The notes under the pieces are model-generated. The model did no database searches and was not told the origin of the DNA. It saw only the letters and a program-made list of their open reading frames with translations. The translations under genes and the position numbers were made by a program. A stretch of DNA of 49,041 bases from a virus (taxonomy: Duplodnaviria > Caudoviricetes): positions 1 to 49,041 of the IMG/VR virus record IMGVR_UViG_3300042346_000870, one strand, 5' to 3'. Below are positions 1-9,187 of the stretch, in pieces (the first letter of the stretch is position 1; every line of letters begins with the position of its first letter).

Positions 1-129
1 TGGATAGTAAAGCTAAATAATGACTCAATCTAAATTAACTGCTCAGCAAGCTATAAATAAATTTGTCAAAAAGAAGCAAGATAGACAAAATAGACAAATA
101 GTAATGCTATGTAAAACGAGTAATATGTT
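1..129. repeat. Terminal direct repeat (copy 1); probably assembly overlap of a circular or circularly permuted genome
   Basis: 1-126 identical to 48913-49038; one mismatch at 127 (G) vs 49039 (A); small ORFs read through the junction. Confidence 0.9.
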
Positions 130-154
130 ATTTTTTGCATGGTTTTTGTGGTGA
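20..154 (+). CDS. Small hypothetical protein (44 aa, MTQSKLTAQQ...FFAWFLW)
   Basis: Manual translation; TAATG overlap with the upstream 56-aa ORF and GTGA overlap with the terminase start. Confidence 0.5.
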   Translation: MTQSKLTAQQAINKFVKKKQDRQNRQIVMLCKTSNMLFFAWFLW

Positions 155-1590
155 TACTACAGCCGCAACTTGGTGCGCAGGAAGACTTTTTATCAACTGA
201 AGCAGATATATGCATCTACGGTGGCGCGGCAGGGGGTGGCAAGTCATTCGCATTGCTATTAGAGGGGTTACGCAATATTGATAATCCCAACTTTAATGCA
301 ATGATTTTTAGACGCAATAATACTATGATTCGCAACCAAGGTAGCTTGTGGGATGAGTCTATGTCTATGTATATGACAATTGGAGGACACCCCCGTCAAC
401 ATATGCTAGATTGGACTTTTAGAAGTGGGTCGAGTATTAAATTTGGGCATTTAGAACATGAGACAACAGTATATAATTATCAGGGTAGTCAAATATGTTA
501 TTTAGCATTTGATGAACTTACTCATTTTACACAGTCCCAATTTTTCTACATGCTATCACGTAATCGCTCAGTCTGTGGCGTAAAGCCTTATATTAGAGCT
601 ACTACAAACCCCGACAAAATAAGTTGGGTTAGAAATATGATTGATTGGTGGATAGGTTCGGATGGCTATCCAATCCCTGAGCGTAGTGGGGTATTGCGGT
701 GGTTTGTGCGCGATAAAGGTGAAATAATATGGGCAGATACAGCGGAAGAATTGCAGCATATAGCAGAGCCAAAATCATTTACTTTTATACCTGCAAAATT
801 ATCAGACAATCAAATACTAATGCAAAAAGATCCAAGCTATTTATCTAGTTTAATGGCTCAAAATACAGTGGAGCGGGCTAAACTTCTTGATGGCAATTGG
901 GATATCGACTATAGCGATTATGGCGTTGTATTGACTCGCCATGATTTTAGCAGATACTCACTATCTGAAAAAATGAAAATACCAGGATTTTTTAGTGAAA
1001 GTTATTTTGTGCTTGATGGTGCAAGTCGGACTAGTGAAGCCAACGATTATAGTGTACTTGGATTGTGGGCTAGGGGTAAATTTGATCAACAATGGTATAT
1101 TATCGACTGGCTACGAATACGACTGCAAGAGCCAGACTTGGAGCAGGCAATAATAGATAAATGGCATTATTGGCGAGACGTAAGATATAATAATACTATT
1201 ATATTTACCCCAAAAGGTGTTAATATAGAGCGTGGAGCCTGCGGTATTGGTATGATGCAAAGATTGCCGCGCAAAGCTATACCGTGCTTTGAGCTTGAAC
1301 CAATAAAAGATAAATTTTATCGTCTTAATGATGGGCTAGGTATTATAAAAAGTAAATGGGTTAATGTGCCTGATGATGCAGCTTGGGCTAATACATTCTT
1401 TGAAGAATGCGAATGCTTTAGAGCTGATATGAAGCATGTATTGATGGCTGGTGAAATAAAGCCTCACGACGATCAAATTGATAATATGGCATATGCTATT
1501 AGCTCACAAGTTAATCAAAAAGCAGCTATTGAAGTATATAAAAAACCACAACAACAAAAACCTAGGCATGGGCTGTGGTTAAATAATTAA
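151..1590 (+). CDS. terL: Terminase large subunit (likely GTG start at 151)
   Basis: Walker A YGGAAGGGKS, Walker B AFDELTHF, motif III ATTNP, C-terminal RNase H-like nuclease (LDGA...NDYS...HDDQID). Confidence 0.95.
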   Translation: MILQPQLGAQEDFLSTEADICIYGGAAGGGKSFALLLEGLRNIDNPNFNAMIFRRNNTMIRNQGSLWDESMSMYMTIGGHPRQHMLDWTFRSGSSIKFGHLEHETTVYNYQGSQICYLAFDELTHFTQSQFFYMLSRNRSVCGVKPYIRATTNPDKISWVRNMIDWWIGSDGYPIPERSGVLRWFVRDKGEIIWADTAEELQHIAEPKSFTFIPAKLSDNQILMQKDPSYLSSLMAQNTVERAKLLDGNWDIDYSDYGVVLTRHDFSRYSLSEKMKIPGFFSESYFVLDGASRTSEANDYSVLGLWARGKFDQQWYIIDWLRIRLQEPDLEQAIIDKWHYWRDVRYNNTIIFTPKGVNIERGACGIGMMQRLPRKAIPCFELEPIKDKFYRLNDGLGIIKSKWVNVPDDAAWANTFFEECECFRADMKHVLMAGEIKPHDDQIDNMAYAISSQVNQKAAIEVYKKPQQQKPRHGLWLNN

Positions 1591-1602
1591 AAAGGTAAGA
1601 AA

Positions 1603-2340
1603 ATGAAAATCATTCCTAATTATCATGACTACTCTGTAAAACTAGAGAATAAATATCAAGATGAATTATTGGCGTTGTTAGGTATATTGCTAGTACAGCT
1701 AAATGATGTTAAAACCCTTACGCCTGATGTTATAGACCAAATTATAAAACAGTGGAGGTTGCAACATTGGGAAGATCTAAATGCTATAAACAAATCAACA
1801 TTAATTAATTTAGATAGTTATATTAATAAAATTATAACCTCCCCAAAACTTGCAGTAATCCCTTTTACATCCAAAATAAAAGAGGTGTTGGCTAATTTAA
1901 TAAAAAAGTCACAGGTAGAATCACAAAACGCTGAATTAATTGTAAAACTATTTGATGCTAACAATCAGATGCTTAATATAACTATTGATTATATAGAGTC
2001 AAAATACAAAGAGCTATCAGTGTTAGAAAATACATATAACTATGATAAAGAGCAAAGTAATTTATTTTTAAATGAGTTGGCTCAATCTGTAGAGCATAAA
2101 ATAATTACATTTGTCACGCAATCTACAATAAACAACATGCGAGAATTATTATTTACTACAGCTAAACAACAAAAATATACCGAATATTATTGGCATACGC
2201 AACGTGATAAGCGTGTTAGACCTAGCCACGCAGCAATGGACGGCAATTGGTTTAGACTAGATGACAGAAGCCCTCAACCAGCTAAGTATCAACCTGGCGA
2301 GGATTATGGTTGCCGATGCTATAGTTCAATGTTTAGGTAA
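1603..2340 (+). CDS. Minor head protein, Mu gpF / SPP1 gp7 family
   Basis: C-terminal WHTQRDKRVRPSHAAMDG...PGEDYGCRC signature. Confidence 0.85.
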   Translation: MKIIPNYHDYSVKLENKYQDELLALLGILLVQLNDVKTLTPDVIDQIIKQWRLQHWEDLNAINKSTLINLDSYINKIITSPKLAVIPFTSKIKEVLANLIKKSQVESQNAELIVKLFDANNQMLNITIDYIESKYKELSVLENTYNYDKEQSNLFLNELAQSVEHKIITFVTQSTINNMRELLFTTAKQQKYTEYYWHTQRDKRVRPSHAAMDGNWFRLDDRSPQPAKYQPGEDYGCRCYSSMFR

Positions 2341-2365
2341 AAATAAAAATAAAATAAAAATATAT

Positions 2366-2395
2366 TTGCTTTTATACAATAACTTATGGTAAGAT
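2366..2395 (+). promoter_or_regulatory. Sigma70-like promoter for the head genes
   Basis: TTGCTT-N18-TAAGAT with TG extension in an AT-rich intergenic gap. Confidence 0.45.
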
Positions 2396-2429
2396 TATCC
2401 CAATAATTATATATAACTATTATTTCAAC

Positions 2430-2444
2430 ACGCAGTGATTGCGA
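2430..2444 (+). promoter_or_regulatory. 15-nt hairpin motif ACGCAGTGATTGCGA (copy 1)
   Basis: Exact copy at 17474-17488; both lie 15-16 nt upstream of a structural gene start. Confidence 0.65.
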
Positions 2445-2460
2445 GTAGAAAGTCCTAAAA

Positions 2461-3639
2461 TTGGCAGCCAATTACATTAAGCACGACCGTGAAGTTCCAA
2501 TGGAACATCTTACAAAATACGGTAAGTTTGCTACTCATGATTTAGAAGTACCTGTTTTATTAGCGTATGAGTTAGGAACTATACCTGATAAAAACGGTAC
2601 AATGGTAAAGATAGATAAAAACTTTATTAATACTTTATTAAAATTAACTAATGAGTATATTCACAAAAAACATAAAAACCCCTTTGCTATATTTAAAAAA
2701 TCTTGGAATACGCCAGTTGACCAAGCCCGTTCGATTCCTTTAATTAAAAATCACGATACTAGCGATGTAGATAACACCGCAGGACATATAAGAGGATTAT
2801 TATATACTGAAGAAGTTGAGGGGATATTGTCACTTTGGGGTACTGCAGTAATTACTCAAATTGAAGATAAAATCGCTGCTGAGAGCGGTAAATTAAACAC
2901 TACATCTCTTGGTACTCGTGCAGATGGTTCAATAAAAGAAGTAAGTTTTGTTATAAACGAAGCAATACAGCATGGTGGATTAGCTATGTCAGAATTTGTA
3001 GAACCTTCTCAACAAATACCTACCCATGCACCAAGTCAAGAAGAAATAGCATTATCCGAACAAATTCAAAATTTGCAACTAGAAGAACATCAACTAACTA
3101 CAATCACAATCCCTAATCATATTACATTATCAAGAATGATAAGAACAGGACGTATAGAACCTTGGAAATATGACGACCTAATCAAACAAAACCCCGAAGT
3201 ATTACAGCTTATGGAACATGCTATGCCTAGCAATAAACTTGGTATAGTGTATGGTACAAATATGTCTCCTCAAAAAATTAATCCTAAAGATGCATCTGAC
3301 GCAGTCATTGAAAAAGCATTGGTTAAGCATAATGCTAGAACTGGCAAAACATCATCTAAAGATATAGAATCTAAAATAAAAGAACAAGAAATTATTAGAC
3401 AAGGTCATTCTTTCGAGGAGGTAAGAAAAAAAGAGTTAGAACATATTTTAGAACTGGCAGAGTATTCACCAGAAGTAGCTAGAAAATATATAGCTGTGGA
3501 ATTAGGAGAATCAATTACAACCCCAGAATATCAAGATAAGTATTTAACTGAATATCTTAACAAATCCAAAGAACTTAAACAGAAATTAAATAACTTACAA
3601 ATTCAATTAGGAGAGTTTAAAAATGACACAATTATCTGA
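2461..3639 (+). CDS. Prohead protease with C-terminal scaffold region
   Basis: PLIKNHD (His), TSLG (Ser), IKEVSFV motifs of HK97/Mu I-like proteases; helical charged C-terminal half; position before the capsid gene. Confidence 0.7.
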   Translation: MAANYIKHDREVPMEHLTKYGKFATHDLEVPVLLAYELGTIPDKNGTMVKIDKNFINTLLKLTNEYIHKKHKNPFAIFKKSWNTPVDQARSIPLIKNHDTSDVDNTAGHIRGLLYTEEVEGILSLWGTAVITQIEDKIAAESGKLNTTSLGTRADGSIKEVSFVINEAIQHGGLAMSEFVEPSQQIPTHAPSQEEIALSEQIQNLQLEEHQLTTITIPNHITLSRMIRTGRIEPWKYDDLIKQNPEVLQLMEHAMPSNKLGIVYGTNMSPQKINPKDASDAVIEKALVKHNARTGKTSSKDIESKIKEQEIIRQGHSFEEVRKKELEHILELAEYSPEVARKYIAVELGESITTPEYQDKYLTEYLNKSKELKQKLNNLQIQLGEFKNDTII

Positions 3640-3922
3640 GCGTGCAAAAGCCATAATTATAGAAATAGAAATGGGCGAAGAAGATGCTCGTAAAAAAGAA
3701 AAAGAGAAAGAAGCAGAATTTGCTAAAAAAGAAAAAGAGCTAAACGAAAAAAAAGAAGCTAAGAAAAAAGAAGAAGAAAAAGAGTTCGGAGAAAAGTTTG
3801 GCAAATACTTCGGGGAACATTCCAAAGATATGAATGATAGAATGTGCGCTCTTGAAGAATCAATGAAATCTGTTGTTGCTATGTCTGAAAAGATGATGGC
3901 AAGTAAAAAAGAAGGAGAATAA
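3623..3922 (+). CDS. Highly charged scaffold or internal head protein
   Basis: 99 aa, K/E-rich coiled coil, strong RBS (AGGAG), between protease and capsid genes. Confidence 0.55.
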   Translation: MTQLSERAKAIIIEIEMGEEDARKKEKEKEAEFAKKEKELNEKKEAKKKEEEKEFGEKFGKYFGEHSKDMNDRMCALEESMKSVVAMSEKMMASKKEGE

Positions 3923-3924
3923 TT

Positions 3925-4491
3925 ATGTATCAACCATTAGACGCAGAAACACTATCTTATGCATCAGTATATAATATAGTACCGTGGACTAAACAAGGCA
4001 CAGCATTTTTAGTAGGTGGTTCATTTACTACAGTATCTGGACAACCTAGTTTACAATTATTAGCAAGTTCTAATACAACTCAAGGATATTTTAATGGTCA
4101 GATGTTAGCTAGAGCTAGTGGTGTTAAAGCTGATGCTTCTCCATCAGGGTTAACCGCTGGAGCATTAATTAACTTTTCTCCTACTTCTCCAAGTGGTGAC
4201 ACAGGTCAAATAATTTGGAATGGTATGATTATTATAGACCCTGCATTAAAACAACCGTTGCCATTACTAGACCCAGTTACAGGTAACCCTTTTGTATATC
4301 CAGGAACTATTCAAGTTGCATCACAAATGCAAGGGTGGGTAATTCGTCAACAGTATTTATATTGTTCTGGTACTCCTGCAACCGATGCTATATTGGTGGA
4401 TACGGCTGTTACAACTACTACTGCTGTACGTACTTTACAATCTCAAACTATGAATTCTAGCAATGCGTTAGAAACTATTTTTGCATATTAA
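3925..4491 (+). CDS. Putative head decoration protein
   Basis: Small, T/A/G/P-rich beta-type protein immediately upstream of the major capsid gene (lambda D position). Confidence 0.5.
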   Translation: MYQPLDAETLSYASVYNIVPWTKQGTAFLVGGSFTTVSGQPSLQLLASSNTTQGYFNGQMLARASGVKADASPSGLTAGALINFSPTSPSGDTGQIIWNGMIIIDPALKQPLPLLDPVTGNPFVYPGTIQVASQMQGWVIRQQYLYCSGTPATDAILVDTAVTTTTAVRTLQSQTMNSSNALETIFAY

Positions 4492-4504
4492 AAAGGATAC
4501 AAAA

Positions 4505-5941
4505 ATGCAACATACAATGTCAGGAAGTTATGACGCTAATGCTGTTATGCCTGTCCAATTTAAAACAAATATAGCTAAAGAGCAGCAAGAAATTGTTGAA
4601 AGATGTTTAGAATTTGGCGAAGCATTAAAAGTAGAACCAAGTTTATCTGGTAAAACAGATAAATTACAAAAATTAGCACAAGGTTTAGAATTTAGCGAAT
4701 CAACAATTGGGAAATTAGCACAAGATTTGGAATTCAGTGAATCAACAATTGGGAATATCCAGTTGGCTTCTACTGATGTGACTACTCCATTTGTGGGTAA
4801 CTGGACAGCTGGTACTTTAAATATGTTAATCCAAGAGGTTGGTTCAAGCTTAGAAAAAGATACATTATTGTCTATGGCATTCCCAGATAAAGCAATTCCA
4901 ATGTATAAAGTTATTTTAGACCGTATTGTTGGTAATACAGGTATTGCACCTGAATTTGGGGGTAACAACTCTACATTACCAACAATTAGACCTTTAGATA
5001 CTTATGTGTTAGAGTATCAACCAGGGTTATGGGGCGGACGCATTTCGTTATCTGCTCAAGATATTATGTTTGCTAGAAAACGAGGTAATGTAACTCTTGA
5101 TGATAGAGGAATTGGACAGTTAGTTGCTTATAATACTGTTAATGGTGTTACTCAAGTAATGACTCGTAAAAAATATTTATTAAACCAAGCTATTTTCAAT
5201 AATGGATTTAGTTACAATGGTGCTACTATCAATTCAAACATTCCAAGTGGTAACTATGTTGCTATGTATGAATCAATGGGTACATTAAATGCGGACGGTT
5301 CTGTAACATATTCAAGCAGTGACCCATATTACACTCCATTTATTGCTATCACAAACATTCTTAACAATCCTATATTTTTAAAATATCGTAGATATATTCG
5401 TGGTATTGTTTGTAATGGTGCGGATTTACAAGCAATGATGAATCACCCTAATGTTAAAGCTGTAACTAATCTTATGATGGCTGCGGGTACTTCTTTGGGT
5501 AGCAAAAAATTATCAGTACAAGTTGGCGATATGGTAAAAGAACTTAATGCATACTATGCACCTAGTTTTGAATTCCCATTGTTAGCTGATGATGATGTTT
5601 GGGTACAACAAAATGCTGATGGTACTACTAAAACTACACCAAATAATGCTACAAATGCAACTAGTGCGCAACAATTTTTTGTTCCTCGTGGCAAAATGTA
5701 TGTAATGTTAGATTTAACTTCAATGGGTGGGCAAAATGGTGCATTCCATTTAACATATAATCAAATTGACCCTAATCAAGACGCTCCAGCAATGGGATTA
5801 TTTACTGGTGTGTTTAATCGTAATTTAAATAACTCAGACCAAGTAAATAGAATTGATATAGCTGTAGCATTGAGTGGCGCACCTGCAATATATATGCCAG
5901 AATCACAATTTATCTTGACTGGATTATTTTCGAACGTATAA
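4505..5941 (+). CDS. Major capsid protein (HK97 fold, lambda gpE-like); likely start ATG 4505
   Basis: Size, position after protease/scaffold/decoration genes, C-terminal FVPRGK...SGAPAIYMPE pattern; RBS AAGGA before 4505. Confidence 0.75.
   Translation: MQHTMSGSYDANAVMPVQFKTNIAKEQQEIVERCLEFGEALKVEPSLSGKTDKLQKLAQGLEFSESTIGKLAQDLEFSESTIGNIQLASTDVTTPFVGNWTAGTLNMLIQEVGSSLEKDTLLSMAFPDKAIPMYKVILDRIVGNTGIAPEFGGNNSTLPTIRPLDTYVLEYQPGLWGGRISLSAQDIMFARKRGNVTLDDRGIGQLVAYNTVNGVTQVMTRKKYLLNQAIFNNGFSYNGATINSNIPSGNYVAMYESMGTLNADGSVTYSSSDPYYTPFIAITNILNNPIFLKYRRYIRGIVCNGADLQAMMNHPNVKAVTNLMMAAGTSLGSKKLSVQVGDMVKELNAYYAPSFEFPLLADDDVWVQQNADGTTKTTPNNATNATSAQQFFVPRGKMYVMLDLTSMGGQNGAFHLTYNQIDPNQDAPAMGLFTGVFNRNLNNSDQVNRIDIAVALSGAPAIYMPESQFILTGLFSNV
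4670..4753 (+). repeat. 42-bp tandem duplication in the capsid gene (KLAQ[G/D]LEFSESTIG x2)
   Basis: Units 4670-4711 and 4712-4753, four differences, three synonymous. Confidence 0.95.
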
Positions 5942-5953
5942 TAGGATAATAAA

Positions 5954-6529
5954 ATGGCAGTTCTCCCTTCTCCACAGTATATTGATTATACTGAAAACGT
6001 ATTGCCATTAATTGGCACAGATAAGATATTAGTAAGTGATTCTGACTCAACTGGTATACCAACTTTAGAAGCGGACCAATTAATTGCTTCTGGTGAAAGT
6101 ATAGTACTTGAGGATTTATCACCTTATTATGTTACTGTGCCTGCATTAATTACAACTACTGGGGGTACTTGGGAAAACTTGCCTGCACAAACGTATTCTT
6201 TTATTTACAACATGTTTGTATATCAAGCAGCTGTACAATTAATCAGAGCATTTATAGAACGTAATACTGATGCAGTGCATACTTTAAGCAGTTACGTAGA
6301 TTATTACGATATGCAGTATGCACGTCATTTAAATAGAATGGTTGACTTATTGCCTAACGGCGCATATAAATATCAGCTAATTGGGTTACAACCATTAAAT
6401 ACAGGAATCCCACGCACCCCAGCATCATATGCCCGCACTGGTCGTATTGGAGGTGCTAATAACTATGTTGGTGGACAATTAACCAATCCTCAACGCAATT
6501 TTGCTAATGGCATATGGAGATGGTGGTAA
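5954..6529 (+). CDS. Putative head-tail adaptor (Mu gp36-like position)
   Basis: Helical protein directly after the capsid gene; assignment by position and composition. Confidence 0.45.
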   Translation: MAVLPSPQYIDYTENVLPLIGTDKILVSDSDSTGIPTLEADQLIASGESIVLEDLSPYYVTVPALITTTGGTWENLPAQTYSFIYNMFVYQAAVQLIRAFIERNTDAVHTLSSYVDYYDMQYARHLNRMVDLLPNGAYKYQLIGLQPLNTGIPRTPASYARTGRIGGANNYVGGQLTNPQRNFANGIWRWW

Positions 6530-8049
6530 TGGCTAGACAATTAAAAACATTAGTAAAAGATACCAAACAAAAAATTGTATCAGTTCATAAGCCAAAACCC
6601 AGGTTTGAAATATCTAGCGTTATAGATGAATTCCAGGGTATGAATGAAAATCTAATCGTAAATGATGGATATTCAAACATTGACGGTACATCTAATCCTT
6701 ATCAATTCAATTTATTTTCGGATTTAATAACTAATCCTTCATCTGTAAGCATTAGTGAATTCCAAAAAATGGTATATACCCAACCTATCATAGCAACTGG
6801 ATTAACCGTATTAATTAATCTTGTAATTAATGAGATTGGTCCATATCATCATAAAAATAAAAAACACGAAGAATTTATTCAAAATATGATTGATAACTTT
6901 ACTCGTCCTTTTCATGATATTTTAAAAGATATGTTAACTGCTATTTGGGCTGGTTTTTCAATGGGTGAAAAACGATATGGCAGTGATGGTAGATATGTAA
7001 CAGTTTTAGATATAGAGCCACGTCCTGCATCTTCTATTATATTTAGAGTTGATTCACAAGGACATTTAAAAGATGACGGGATAATACAATATTACTTTAA
7101 TAATCTATGGACTGGTTACGGTAATTTATTAGCATTTAATCAAGTTGGAGCAGACGGTAAACAACAACCTAATCCATATGCTAGTCGTGGTGATTTTGAT
7201 TATCCATGGCGTACTGTATGGGCGCAACCAATAGGTACAATAATGATACCTAAAAATAAATGTGTGCATTTTGTATATAAAGGTTTAGATGGTTTAACTT
7301 CACCTTATGGTAGAAGTTTATTAAGAGCAATCTATAATTATTATTTAGCACAAACTCAAATGCTAGGCACTACCCTTAATGCTGCTAATTCTGCGGCACA
7401 ACCTATTCCTGTGATTGTTATAGATCCAAACCAAACAACTTTGGCAGATGGCACAAATGTATTAGATGATATAGGGAATCAATTAGAACAAATGAAAAGC
7501 CCTGGGGGGGCTAATTATTTATTAATGGCTGGTAAAAAAGAAAGTATTATAATTGATAAATTAAATACTGCAATTGATTTAGATAAATTTGTAAATGTTA
7601 GTAATTATTACGATAAATTAATGTTAACTGGCGTATTATTCCCAGGAGAATTAGCAGGATTATCAGACAAAGGAAGTTACGCATTGGGTAAGACCCAACA
7701 AGATTTGTTAGGGCGAAATGTAGCATCAATTGTTGATTCGTTAAAATCATGTTTAATACAACAATTAGTAAAACCATTATTAGAATTAAATTTTAATGAA
7801 AAAGACGATTTTGGTAGTTTTGGTGAAAATGAAAACGTTGCAGAGGATATATCATTAAATTTAGATAAAATTAATGCATTAAGATACGAAGGTATAAAAC
7901 TAAAACCAGAGGCTATTATGGGCATGATGGATATTTCAATGGATTCTGTAGAGTCTTTTAATAATCCTATAATAGATACTAACCCACCCGAAACAAACAA
8001 CGGGGTGAATGCTAATTTTAGTCGTGCTATGAATAGTCAAGGTAGATAA
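6529..8049 (+). CDS. Portal protein, Mu gp29/DUF935-like (likely start 6529)
   Basis: AIWAGFSMGE, SPYGRSLLRAIY, GSYALGKTQ, QQLVKPLLELNF motifs; about 500 aa; TAATG overlap. Confidence 0.85.
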   Translation: MARQLKTLVKDTKQKIVSVHKPKPRFEISSVIDEFQGMNENLIVNDGYSNIDGTSNPYQFNLFSDLITNPSSVSISEFQKMVYTQPIIATGLTVLINLVINEIGPYHHKNKKHEEFIQNMIDNFTRPFHDILKDMLTAIWAGFSMGEKRYGSDGRYVTVLDIEPRPASSIIFRVDSQGHLKDDGIIQYYFNNLWTGYGNLLAFNQVGADGKQQPNPYASRGDFDYPWRTVWAQPIGTIMIPKNKCVHFVYKGLDGLTSPYGRSLLRAIYNYYLAQTQMLGTTLNAANSAAQPIPVIVIDPNQTTLADGTNVLDDIGNQLEQMKSPGGANYLLMAGKKESIIIDKLNTAIDLDKFVNVSNYYDKLMLTGVLFPGELAGLSDKGSYALGKTQQDLLGRNVASIVDSLKSCLIQQLVKPLLELNFNEKDDFGSFGENENVAEDISLNLDKINALRYEGIKLKPEAIMGMMDISMDSVESFNNPIIDTNPPETNNGVNANFSRAMNSQGR

Positions 8050-8050
8050 C

Positions 8051-8644
8051 ATGCAAGCAATAATGAAATCAGCAACACGAAATACAGAAGATGGAAGAGT
8101 TAAAGTAACTTTATCTACTTCTACAAATGCAGGATATGCTAATACTTGTGAGCAATATAATGATTATGGGCATTACTCAGTGCCATTACCAACTGGAATT
8201 GTAAACATAGAACAACAGACTTTAAGTAATGTTGTGGTTACTGGGTATAACAACACCATAACAGATGAACATTTTACATTACAACCAGGGGAAAGTGCTA
8301 ATTACTCTACAGGATGGTATCAAATTAGAGCTAATGATGGGGTGTATATACAAAAAGCTAATACAACCAGCAAAGAAAATGAAATGATGGGTAACTCCAC
8401 AAATCATATACTACTAGACATGGCTAATTTATTAGTAAATATTATAACTTATTTACAAACCATAGAAACAGCATATAACAATCATATTCATATAGGGGTT
8501 ATGCCAAGTACTCCAGACCAAGTTAGTGGAGTACCACAAACTCCTTGGATTGCACCTCCTGTTGATACAGATGTAACAAATGATATACCAAGATTGACTA
8601 ATGGGCAAAACTTAGCTGGAACAAATTTTACACCATATTTATAA
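8051..8644 (+). CDS. Baseplate central spike (Mu gp45 / P2 gpV-like)
   Basis: N-terminal YGHYSVP OB-fold pattern, LQPGESANY, C-terminal YNNHIH metal-binding HxH tip. Confidence 0.7.
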   Translation: MQAIMKSATRNTEDGRVKVTLSTSTNAGYANTCEQYNDYGHYSVPLPTGIVNIEQQTLSNVVVTGYNNTITDEHFTLQPGESANYSTGWYQIRANDGVYIQKANTTSKENEMMGNSTNHILLDMANLLVNIITYLQTIETAYNNHIHIGVMPSTPDQVSGVPQTPWIAPPVDTDVTNDIPRLTNGQNLAGTNFTPYL

Positions 8645-8657
8645 TACAAGGAATTTA

Positions 8658-9185
8658 ATGAAAAAGTTAATTATAGCATTAGGGATTTTATTTGTAACTA
8701 ATATTAATGCTGATGATATTAGAATAAAATATATATATAATCAAACTTTTGAGTCTTCTAGTATTACAATAGATAACAATTCTCCTATAGATATAAATAA
8801 GTTTGATAGATATAATACGTCTTTATACTTTAAGAACAAAATAGATATTAAATATAATAATCAGATAATACAATCAATAATAAATACTAATAAATATTAT
8901 AAAGGTAGATACGTAATATACACTCATCAAAAATTATTAAATGTAAATATATACATTTGTAATTTTTTTAAAGAAGATATGAATAATATCGGATTAATTA
9001 TAAATAATTATGCTACTATAAATGTGAATAATAAAATATCTTTTCTTTCTTATTTGTCTTATAAAAATCTAGATAATGATTATACAAAAGATATAAATAT
9101 ATTGGGAATTCAATTTCAAGATAATGCGCCTATATTAACTATTGAACAAAAAATTTGTAAAGATATAGTCGAAAACAATTTTTAA
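8658..9185 (+). CDS. Secreted hypothetical protein (moron-like)
   Basis: Signal peptide MKKLIIALGILFVTNINA; visibly more AT-rich and N/I/K/Y-rich than neighbours. Confidence 0.6.
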   Translation: MKKLIIALGILFVTNINADDIRIKYIYNQTFESSSITIDNNSPIDINKFDRYNTSLYFKNKIDIKYNNQIIQSIINTNKYYKGRYVIYTHQKLLNVNIYICNFFKEDMNNIGLIINNYATINVNNKISFLSYLSYKNLDNDYTKDINILGIQFQDNAPILTIEQKICKDIVENNF

Positions 9186-9187
9186 CC

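Noticed and set aside
1-129. Biological terminal repeat of T7 type
   Set aside because: Length is close to a common assembler k-mer overlap and it falls inside coupled ORFs of the terminase operon
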